Below, in pieces: positions 45,349 to 53,052 of a stretch of DNA of 64,000 bases. Numbering within the stretch: position 1 is the stretch's first letter; each line of letters opens with the position of its first letter. Below the pieces are notes generated by a model, which saw only the letters and a program-made list of their open reading frames with translations, was not told the origin of the DNA and did not search any database. Source of the DNA: Candidatus Kaiserbacteria bacterium (GTDB lineage Bacteria; Patescibacteriota; Minisyncoccia; Phycocordibacterales; Phycocordibacteraceae); NCBI GenBank assembly GCA_016194455.1, contig JACQBN010000018.1:10669-74668 (forward strand). The letters run 5' to 3'. The translations under genes and the position numbers were made by a program.

Positions 45349-45907
45349 CCCGCGCCCCAAGGTAATGACCTGGAAGAAGGCACTGCCCATTCTTGCTCTC
45401 GCGGGGATTTTCGATGCGATCCGCTTCGCATTTGAACAATTTTGGCTCTTCGGGCCCATTCTCGTCGGCACTGCCACAAACAGTTTCTTTGGTGGTGGGG
45501 CGATCGGAGGTGTGGCGGGAAGCATTGCTGGCAAAACATCTTTTCTCGCGGGCCCCGAGCTTGAGGTTTTCGGCATCGTGATGGCAGCCGTGGTCGGACT
45601 CGCGGGGTGGGGAACAATCGGCTTTTTACTTCTTGTATTCAATCAGCGCTTTTTTAAAGCGAACGCATCAAATACCCTCTGGTTCCTCTCTAGTCTGGTC
45701 GTGAGCGAGATACCGATCGTCGGGAGCGTCCCCGCACTTTTCGCTGCGACCTTCAAGGGCTATCATTCGCAAATAAAAAGAGAAAAAGCGGCGCTGAAGC
45801 GCTGGGAGAAAGAGCGAACCGAGATGCAAAAGAGAAATCGGGACGCGCGGCTCGCCGAGCAGTATGCAGCGGCAGAACAAAATGAGCTGGCAGAGGCGAT
45901 ATACTAG
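45329..45907 (+). CDS. polytopic membrane protein in T4SS-like operon (VirB6/TrbL-role candidate)
   Basis: ~4 TM helices with Gly-rich loop, charged coiled C-terminus. Likely real start MTWKK at ~45365. Confidence 0.45.
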   Translation: MPLNKSSPRPKVMTWKKALPILALAGIFDAIRFAFEQFWLFGPILVGTATNSFFGGGAIGGVAGSIAGKTSFLAGPELEVFGIVMAAVVGLAGWGTIGFLLLVFNQRFFKANASNTLWFLSSLVVSEIPIVGSVPALFAATFKGYHSQIKREKAALKRWEKERTEMQKRNRDARLAEQYAAAEQNELAEAIY

Positions 45908-45911
45908 AAGC

Positions 45912-46907
45912 ATGAGTCTTTGCGCGCAGCTAGCGTTCTTCGCGGCAATTACCGCGGCTCTGCTCCTGCCCGCAAGCGCGCTCGCGCAATCTCTTGTAGT
46001 CCCGTCGGGGCTTACTCTGACAGTCTCCCCGCAGTACCCGACGCCCTACGGGGAAGTCCTTATTACTCCGCTCTCGACGACTTTTGATCTCGTCAACGCC
46101 TCGTACACGCTCTCGGCCAACGGGAACGTCGTTTATCGCGGCAACGCGAAGCCCTTCGCGGTGGCCCTCGGCGCGGCAGGCAGCGTCACGAGCGTGAAGG
46201 CAATGGTCACGGGCAGCGGTGGCAGCGTGAGCCAGAGCATCTCAATCCGCCCGCAGGATGTTGCGCTCGTCGCCGAACCACTCTCGTCAGTCCCGCCGCT
46301 CTACCCGGGCAAGGCGCTCGTTCCGCTTGAGGGGAGCGTGCGGGTCGTCGCGGTTGCGAATTTGCGCTCGAAGGCCGGCAAGCAGGTTGATCCTTCGGCG
46401 CTCTCCTACGACTGGACGCTCGACGGCACCGAGCTCGCGGGCTCCTCCGGCATCGGCAAGAGCTCGATCACCGTCGCTTCGCCGCTCCAGTATCGCGCGG
46501 GCAGAGTCTCGGTCGTCGTGAAGAGCCAGGATGGTGCGCTCGCGAGCGGCGACTTGCTCTCGCTCACGCCCGTAGAGCCCTCGGTGCGTGTCTACGAGGA
46601 CGATCCTCTGCTCGGCGTGCGCTTCGAGCGGGCGCTTGCGGGCTCCTACGCGCTTGCAGGAGCAGAGACCACCCTCTATGCGGTCCCGTACTCCTTCCCG
46701 CTTGCGCTCGGCGCGCCCGTCCTCCACTGGTTCCTCAACGGCAGCGCAGCGCAGACCGGCGACTTCGTTACGCTGCGGCCCACGGGGAGCGGAGGAGGGA
46801 GCGCAAATGTCTCCCTGACCGCTACTGCGGGGGACTTCGCGCGCGCGAGCGCTGTGCTCTCGCTTACCTTCAACGCAAACGCGAGCGCTACTCTCTTCGG
46901 ACTATGA
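45912..46907 (+). CDS. secreted protein in T4SS-like operon
   Basis: Signal peptide MSLCAQLAFFAAITAALLLPASALA^QS. Beta-rich. Start placed after the upstream stop. Confidence 0.45.
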   Translation: MSLCAQLAFFAAITAALLLPASALAQSLVVPSGLTLTVSPQYPTPYGEVLITPLSTTFDLVNASYTLSANGNVVYRGNAKPFAVALGAAGSVTSVKAMVTGSGGSVSQSISIRPQDVALVAEPLSSVPPLYPGKALVPLEGSVRVVAVANLRSKAGKQVDPSALSYDWTLDGTELAGSSGIGKSSITVASPLQYRAGRVSVVVKSQDGALASGDLLSLTPVEPSVRVYEDDPLLGVRFERALAGSYALAGAETTLYAVPYSFPLALGAPVLHWFLNGSAAQTGDFVTLRPTGSGGGSANVSLTATAGDFARASAVLSLTFNANASATLFGL

Positions 46908-48004
46908 AAAAGATAATTTTCGCGGCCGGATTTATTCTAAGCTTCACGGCATTCGCTCCAGCGGCATTCGCCGAGGGCGATATTGGCCAGGCGGATTGGC
47001 CCTGCTTCGACGCCATCGACCCGACCCAGCCGACAACCTGCGATACTGCAAACGGGTATCACTTCGTTCCGCTTGCGCCCATCCCCGGCCTCACCGCAGA
47101 CCAGAACGGCACCCCATTTATTGGTACGCCGGATCTCCCGAGCTTCTTGAACAACCTGTATCAGTACCTGATCGGGTTTGCGGCTGCGCTCGCGGTGATT
47201 TATGTCATCTGGGGAGGACTAGAAATTTCCACCCAGGACAGCGTGAGCAAGCAGAGCGATGGCCGCAAGCGCATTGAGGGCGCACTCTTCGGCCTCGCGC
47301 TTGTGCTCGCTCCCTATCTCGTCTTCTACGTCATCAACCCCGCGATCGTGAATCTCTCGCTCAATCTCCCCGCGCTCCAGACCCAAGGCGGCACGTTTGG
47401 GACGGGTGTGAACTCCCCGACGCAGTCAACGACAGCGGCAAACGGAGTGACTACGACGGTAACAGGCACGTACCTCCAGACCGCGCACTTCGCCTCAAAC
47501 GACCAAACCAACAACAATAACGCCCGAGACGCCTGGGTAAGCAGCTGTAACTCCTCCGGCGGAGTCGGGTACGCCGCGCAAGACAGTGGGTGCGGATCGA
47601 ACGTTGTCCCTGCCGGAGGAAAAACGACCTGCGTCTCCACAAGCGACGCCATTGCTAAATGCGCAACGTTTTCAAAGTCCGCATATAACTTCGTCAACAT
47701 TGGTGCGGCCTGCAGTGGTGTTATCAGCTGTTTTGCGTCAATCGATTTACAGCCCTTAAACACTGACGCTTCTGCTGTCTCGGGCTTCGTGGGGGCGTGT
47801 TCCTCGGATGGAGGATACGCGTGTATAGCAGCGGGTACTGGTTTAAGCATACCCCACGGTTTGGGCCTCCGAGAGCTGAGCGCGTGCCCGGAGGCAATAA
47901 CGGGGCTAGCAGGAAACGCTAGTGGAAAATGTTACCAAGCCGGTCTCTTCTGCGCCCGGACTCAGGGGGCTAGTCAGTGCGCGGCCAACACTACGTTGCA
48001 TTAA
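46904..48004 (+). CDS. VirB2/TrbC-like pilin-type protein with Cys-rich C-terminal domain
   Basis: Signal peptide, then two hydrophobic helices (LYQYLIGFAAALAVIYVIWGGLEI ... GALFGLALVLAPYLVFYVINP), then ~170-aa domain with ~14 Cys. ATGA overlap upstream. Confidence 0.45.
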   Translation: MKKIIFAAGFILSFTAFAPAAFAEGDIGQADWPCFDAIDPTQPTTCDTANGYHFVPLAPIPGLTADQNGTPFIGTPDLPSFLNNLYQYLIGFAAALAVIYVIWGGLEISTQDSVSKQSDGRKRIEGALFGLALVLAPYLVFYVINPAIVNLSLNLPALQTQGGTFGTGVNSPTQSTTAANGVTTTVTGTYLQTAHFASNDQTNNNNARDAWVSSCNSSGGVGYAAQDSGCGSNVVPAGGKTTCVSTSDAIAKCATFSKSAYNFVNIGAACSGVISCFASIDLQPLNTDASAVSGFVGACSSDGGYACIAAGTGLSIPHGLGLRELSACPEAITGLAGNASGKCYQAGLFCARTQGASQCAANTTLH

Positions 48005-48007
48005 ATT

Positions 48008-49213
48008 ATGCGCCGGACTTTAATCATCATCGCGACAGTGGTAGTCCTCGCTGGGGTTGGGGCGTGGGTGTACTTCTCCTTCTTCGCGGGCTCTGCCGGA
48101 GTCGCGGTCGCTCCGGCGGGGAATGCTGGTTTGCCGATCGCGGGGCAGGGAACTCAAAACGGTTCTGCCCCTTCGGGCGCAACTGCTGGAGCGCCTTCGG
48201 CGCCCGCTGCGCCAGTGAAAGTCTCTCCGCGCCTGGTACAGATTGATAAAGGTCCGGTCGTCCCGGGCGAAGTCGCACGAGATATTAAAATTTCTTCCAC
48301 AACGAATGACGTTGTGGTTTCTTATGTCGAGCGCCAGAGCGGCAACGTCTTCTCCTACTTCGTGAACGCGGGCACGCTCACCCGGACCAGCAACCGCACG
48401 CTTCCGGGCATCGAGGAAGCCTCGTGGCTTCCCGATGCCTCGCTTGCCTTCGTACGCTACCTCTCGGGGACAAACTTCAGCATCACCAACACGTACGCGC
48501 TCCGAGCCGATGGCTCAAGCGGGTTCTTCCTGCCGCAGAATCTCGCCGGAGTCTCGGTCTCTTCAACAACGATTCTCGCGCTTGCCTCGGGCGGTAACGG
48601 CTCCGTAGTCTCTCTGGTAAAGAGCGACGGTACCCGCGCGACCCAGGTCTTCACGACGCCCCTCTCCTCGATCCGTATTTCGTTTGCGGGCAAGAACCAG
48701 TACCTCGTCGTCACCAAGCCCTCCGCGACACTGCCGGGTGATGCGTATCTTGTGGACAGCGCAGGACACTTCTCGCGCGTCGCGGGGCCGCTCTCGGGCC
48801 TCGTCGCGCTCGCGAGTCCTTCAGGCACATGGGCGCTCGTGAGCTCGGCTGCAAACGGCACCATGCGTCTTGAGCTGGTGAACGCTTTGACCGGCTCGGC
48901 GCTGCCGCTCCCGGTCGCGACCATCGCGGATAAGTGCGCTTGGGCTCTTGATGAATCCGCGGTCTACTGCGGCGTGCCAATCTCGCCGAGTGCGGCATAC
49001 TCCTACCCCGACGACTGGTATCAGGGCGCTGCGCATTTCTCTGATCGGATCTGGAAAATAGAAGTCACTGGGCGCTATGCCGAGCTCGTGCTTGATTTCA
49101 ATAAAGAAACGAAAGGGCTCTTGGACGCAGAGGCGCTCGCGCTTGACCCGCAGCGCTCCGCGCTCGCGTTTCTCAACAAAAACGACGGCTCGCTCTGGTC
49201 GTATCAGCTCTGA
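48008..49213 (+). CDS. N-terminally TM-anchored extracytoplasmic protein in T4SS-like operon
   Basis: MRRTLIIIATVVVLAGVGAWVYFSFF anchor, then Ser/Thr/Gly-rich beta region. Confidence 0.45.
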   Translation: MRRTLIIIATVVVLAGVGAWVYFSFFAGSAGVAVAPAGNAGLPIAGQGTQNGSAPSGATAGAPSAPAAPVKVSPRLVQIDKGPVVPGEVARDIKISSTTNDVVVSYVERQSGNVFSYFVNAGTLTRTSNRTLPGIEEASWLPDASLAFVRYLSGTNFSITNTYALRADGSSGFFLPQNLAGVSVSSTTILALASGGNGSVVSLVKSDGTRATQVFTTPLSSIRISFAGKNQYLVVTKPSATLPGDAYLVDSAGHFSRVAGPLSGLVALASPSGTWALVSSAANGTMRLELVNALTGSALPLPVATIADKCAWALDESAVYCGVPISPSAAYSYPDDWYQGAAHFSDRIWKIEVTGRYAELVLDFNKETKGLLDAEALALDPQRSALAFLNKNDGSLWSYQL

Positions 49214-49929
49214 GGCCGAAGTGCGCGGCGCACATACCATTCCTGCAAGGCACCGGCGAGGTTCGTGGTAATGAAGTAGAGCGCGATGGCGCTCGAGGTC
49301 GTGTAGGAGATCACACCGATAAGAACAGGGAAGACGAACCGCATCTGCATCCCCATCACTCTCTGGACATCGCCTTGCATGCCAGTCCCGAGAGCGGGCT
49401 TCATCGTGCCCGAGAGCGCGAGGTGCGCCTGGAGAAATTGAGAGGCTCCGGAGAGTGCGGCCAGTACGATTGACTTACCGGCGACCGAGATGAGTCCCAG
49501 AAAGAGGAGAGAGATGTGCTGTGGCACGGGCGTGAAGGCGTAGAGCCGCGCGGTATCAATCGAAGAAAACGGCTCGTAGCGAAAGACCCAGTAGAGCGCG
49601 AGGAGCACCGGAATCTGGATGAAGACGGTCAGGATGCTCGCGAAAGGATTCACCCGCCGCTCGCGATAGAGTGCGAGCGTCTCAAGCGCTTCTTTTTCTT
49701 TGTCGCCCTTATGTTTCTCTTTGAGTTCCTTCACGTGCGGCTCAAGGTCTTTCATCGCGCGCTGGGTCCGCGCTGCCGAAAGCGAAAAAGGAAGGAGGAG
49801 GAGGCGAATGGCAACGGTGAGGAGGATGACCGCGACGCCGACGTCCCCGCCCGGGACGAGGGCGACGAGGGCGACGAGCGCGTTATAGAGCGGATTGTAG
49901 AACGCCGCGTGGAAGAGGGTACTGATCAC
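49204..49929 (-). CDS. yidC: membrane protein insertase YidC (short form)
   Basis: 5-TM 60-kDa-IMP core. Conserved synteny rpmH-rnpA-yidC. Confidence 0.8.
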   Translation of the reverse strand: MISTLFHAAFYNPLYNALVALVALVPGGDVGVAVILLTVAIRLLLLPFSLSAARTQRAMKDLEPHVKELKEKHKGDKEKEALETLALYRERRVNPFASILTVFIQIPVLLALYWVFRYEPFSSIDTARLYAFTPVPQHISLLFLGLISVAGKSIVLAALSGASQFLQAHLALSGTMKPALGTGMQGDVQRVMGMQMRFVFPVLIGVISYTTSSAIALYFITTNLAGALQEWYVRRALRPQS

Positions 49930-49938
49930 GGCTACAGT

Positions 49939-50262
49939 CTACGATTTTCCGATGATTTTAGAAAGAAGGCTCGCCAGCTCCGCTTTGATTTCCTCGGACG
50001 AGAGTGCGAGGGTAGAAACTTTTGGGAAAACAATGAGCGCGGGCGGCAGAGGGAGCGCGCGAAGCACCGAAAGAACGCGACGCTTGAGGCGGTGGCGCGT
50101 GACCGAGAACCGTGCGACCTTTTTAGGGATGACTACTGCATAGCCGTGGAGATTGCCGGCCGGAACAACGAGTGAGAAGTGCGCCGAGGATGCTCGACGG
50201 CCGCTCGCGGCTATTGCAGAGGAAAAACCGCTTCTCGCAAGGCGCTGAGAGCGCGGAAACAT
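49939..50262 (-). CDS. rnpA: ribonuclease P protein component
   Basis: RLKRRVLSVLR-type basic RnpA motif, 107 aa, immediately downstream of rpmH. Confidence 0.75.
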   Translation of the reverse strand: MFPRSQRLARSGFSSAIAASGRRASSAHFSLVVPAGNLHGYAVVIPKKVARFSVTRHRLKRRVLSVLRALPLPPALIVFPKVSTLALSSEEIKAELASLLSKIIGKS

Positions 50263-50399
50263 CAGTGCGAGAGGCGGGCGCGCCCGACGCGACGGCGCCC
50301 GCGCATGATCTTACGGCCTGAGCTTGTCGACGAGCGCTTGCGGAAGCCATGGGTGCGGGCGCGCTTGCGACGTTTCGGTTGATAGGTTCGTTTTGCCAT
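50262..50399 (-). CDS. rpmH: 50S ribosomal protein L34
   Basis: Not in ORF track. Reverse-complement translation gives [45 protein letters not shown] (45 aa), a textbook L34. Confidence 0.8.
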   Translation of the reverse strand: MAKRTYQPKRRKRARTHGFRKRSSTSSGRKIMRGRRRVGRARLSH

Positions 50400-50489
50400 G
50401 GTAAAAAGTTATGCACACCATACTAACAGGTTCTCCCCGAAGCGCCAGGATTTGCAGAATCGGCCCGACGCGTATAATCCCCTCTATCT
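50400..50489 (+). promoter_or_regulatory. rpmH/dnaA divergent promoter region with DnaA-box-like TTATGCACA and TATAAT -10 element
   Basis: TTATGCACA at ~50409-50417 (1 mismatch to TTATCCACA). TTGCAG-N15-TATAAT at ~50452-50478, 11 nt before the dnaA ATG. Confidence 0.3.
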
Positions 50490-51839
50490 ATGGAGAAAGA
50501 GAATCCTCGCGAACTGTGGGAGTACGTGCTCAGCCAGGTGGAACTCTCGATATCCCCCGCGAACTTCAACACCTGGTTTCGCGATAGCCACATCGTCAAG
50601 GTAGAGGAGGGGATCGTGTACGTGGGCGTCCCGAGCCAGTTCTTCAAGGATTGGTACTTGAAGAAGTTCCATACGCTTCTGCTCAAGATCGTCCGCGACG
50701 TTTCCTACGAATTCCGCACCGTGGAATACCTCATCGTGAAGGACGAGCGCCGGAAACCCGCCAAAGAACCTCGGCACGACCGCAACGCTCCGGAATTGCC
50801 GCTCGCGGACTTCTATATCAACAAGAGCGACAATCTGAATCCGCGCTACACCTTCGAGAACTTCGTTATCGGCGCCTTTAACAACCTCGCATGCGTTGCC
50901 GCGCGCGCTGCCCTGGAGCGTCCTGGCATCACCTACAACCCGCTCTTCATCTACGGAGAGACGGGCCGTGGCAAGACGCATCTCATCCAAGCAATCGGCA
51001 ATCAATACAAGAAGCAGTACCCGGGGCGGAAGGTTTTCTATCTCACGTCTGAAAAGTTTGTTGTTGACTATACCGATTCGCTGCAGACGGGGAGCGCCAA
51101 CCGCTTCAAGGACAAGTATCGGCAATACGATTTGTTGATTATGGACGACGTGCAGTTCCTCTCCAAGAAGGAAAAGAGTGAGGAAGAACTCTTTCACCTC
51201 TTCAACACGCTCCACGACACGAACAAACAAATTGTTTTTTCTTCCGATCGGTCCCCTGTGGCGATTCCCGACATCGCAGAGCGGCTGAAGGGTCGCCTCG
51301 CGAGCGGTATGACGGTGGACATCGGGGAGCCTGACCCGGAATCGCGCATGGAGATTATACGTCGCAAAGCGTCGCTTCACGGCATCATCCTCTCGGACGA
51401 GGTTGTGGAGTATGTCGCAGCGAACACGACCGGCTCCATCCGCGAACTCGAGGGAATGGTGAACAGTATTGTTTGTCACGCGCAGGTGAAGGGGGCGGCG
51501 CCCGATATTGCAGAAGTGCGACAGTCGCTCCGCTCTTTCGCGCGACCGCAGAAGACAATCTCGGTGAAGAACGTGGTGGGGAAAGTCGCGGAGTTCTACG
51601 GGATTGAAGAGGAAAGCATCTACGAGAAGACGCGGCGGCGAGAGGTCGTGCGCCCGCGCCAGATCATCATGTATATCCTGCGCGAAGACTTCAGTATTTC
51701 GTATCCGACGATTGGAACGAAGCTCGGAGGGAGAGATCACACAACTGTTATCCACTCTTGTGAGAAGATAAAGCGTGAAGTGGTTGTGGATAACGACTTG
51801 GCGAAGGACATCCAGAGTATCCGCACTTTGTTGGTATAA
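50490..51839 (+). CDS. dnaA: chromosomal replication initiator DnaA
   Basis: GETGRGKTHL Walker A, LIMDDVQFL, C-terminal GGRDHTTVIHSCEKI DNA-binding domain. Confidence 0.95.
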   Translation: MEKENPRELWEYVLSQVELSISPANFNTWFRDSHIVKVEEGIVYVGVPSQFFKDWYLKKFHTLLLKIVRDVSYEFRTVEYLIVKDERRKPAKEPRHDRNAPELPLADFYINKSDNLNPRYTFENFVIGAFNNLACVAARAALERPGITYNPLFIYGETGRGKTHLIQAIGNQYKKQYPGRKVFYLTSEKFVVDYTDSLQTGSANRFKDKYRQYDLLIMDDVQFLSKKEKSEEELFHLFNTLHDTNKQIVFSSDRSPVAIPDIAERLKGRLASGMTVDIGEPDPESRMEIIRRKASLHGIILSDEVVEYVAANTTGSIRELEGMVNSIVCHAQVKGAAPDIAEVRQSLRSFARPQKTISVKNVVGKVAEFYGIEEESIYEKTRRREVVRPRQIIMYILREDFSISYPTIGTKLGGRDHTTVIHSCEKIKREVVVDNDLAKDIQSIRTLLV

Positions 51840-51948
51840 AAAATATGAAATTTTTTCAACATATTTATCAACGAGTAAGAGCTAAAAACCTTAACATTTA
51901 CGTACTTTTTTGCTTTTCCCCACTATCAACCCCTATAATAAGTACTTC
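51840..51948 (+). promoter_or_regulatory. AT-rich dnaA-dnaN spacer (candidate oriC / DNA unwinding element)
   Basis: ~70% AT in a ~62% GC genome. TTATCAAC and CTATCAAC DnaA-box-like repeats. TATAAT 11 nt before the dnaN ATG. Confidence 0.35.
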
Positions 51949-53049
51949 ATGTTTGTTTCTATAAACAGAAAGGTATTTTCTGATGCGGTGTTAATAGCAG
52001 CACGTTTTGCTGAACGTCGGGCGGCAACCCTTCCCGTTCTCTCTTGTCTTCTTTTTGTTGCAAGCGACGAGGGAATCAAGCTCCGCGCGACCAATCTAGA
52101 GACCGCCGTGGACCTTAAGGTTAAGGGGGTGTGTAAAAGTAAGGGAGTCGTCGCAGTTCCCGCCACTGTCCTCCAACAAATCGCCTCGTCGCTTACGGGG
52201 GAAGGAGACATCACTCTCGAACACACTGGGGACACTCTCACTCTTAAAAGCGGGTCAAGTAAAAGTTCACTCAAGACACTCCCTTATGACGATTTTCCTT
52301 CCATCCCGTTCCCCGAGAGTTCTAAGAGCCGCCTTCTACTCTCGGGAATGGTTTTGAAATCCCTTCTCTCCTCTCTTGTGTCGTGTTCCTCTCCCTCTAC
52401 TGTCCGTCCGGAGCTCGCGAGCGTGTATCTTTCTGCTGAGGGAGGGGTATTGACCGCAGTTGCGACCGACTCCTTTCGTCTCGCAGAGAAAAAAATTCCA
52501 CTCCCCGGTCGCGGCACACAAGGGAAGTTGCTGATACCAGCGAAAAATGCTGCCGAGATCGCTCAAGTACTTCCTGACGAGGAAGTTATCGTTTCGTTTG
52601 ATGAACACCAGTGTGCGTTTGTCGGTAGTTACGGTATGTTCGTTACTCGCCTTACTAACGCGACCTTCCCGGACTACCGTCAAATCATCCCGAAGGAGTC
52701 GGTCGCCGAAGCCATCGTACTCCGCAAGGACTTTGAAACCGCACTCCGGAGGACAACCATCTTCGCCGACTCGTTTCAGAAGGTAAAAATCGGCTTTGAG
52801 CCCAAGACAAAGAAACTCTCTCTCTACGCCCGGAACATCGACCTCGGCGAATCCTCCGAGTCCATTCCCGCGCAGGTCTCGGGTAATGCTCTCGAGCTCT
52901 CGTTTAACCACCGCTACCTCTCTGCTTCTCTCTCTCTCGCCCAATCAGAGAGCATCTCGCTCACCGCCGCAGGGGCCGGACGGCCCGTCCTCGTCCGGGG
53001 TGTCGGGGACTCTTCGCTCCTCTATTTGGTCTCACCGATGAACCAGTAG
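51949..53049 (+). CDS. dnaN: DNA polymerase III beta sliding clamp
   Basis: Start trimmed to MFVSINRKVFSDAV. Three-domain beta clamp, directly after dnaA. Confidence 0.9.
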   Translation: MFVSINRKVFSDAVLIAARFAERRAATLPVLSCLLFVASDEGIKLRATNLETAVDLKVKGVCKSKGVVAVPATVLQQIASSLTGEGDITLEHTGDTLTLKSGSSKSSLKTLPYDDFPSIPFPESSKSRLLLSGMVLKSLLSSLVSCSSPSTVRPELASVYLSAEGGVLTAVATDSFRLAEKKIPLPGRGTQGKLLIPAKNAAEIAQVLPDEEVIVSFDEHQCAFVGSYGMFVTRLTNATFPDYRQIIPKESVAEAIVLRKDFETALRRTTIFADSFQKVKIGFEPKTKKLSLYARNIDLGESSESIPAQVSGNALELSFNHRYLSASLSLAQSESISLTAAGAGRPVLVRGVGDSSLLYLVSPMNQ

Positions 53050-53052
53050 CTA

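Noticed and set aside
50484-51755. 423-aa ORF antisense to dnaA. Similar long antisense or out-of-frame ORFs occur at 709-1295, 3133-3881, 13323-14108, 20682-21632, 25896-26903, 43486-44103, 44458-45642 and 62053-63064.
   Set aside because: Each overlaps a well-conserved gene on the other strand or frame. These are typical stop-poor shadow ORFs of a high-GC genome. None has a recognisable motif.
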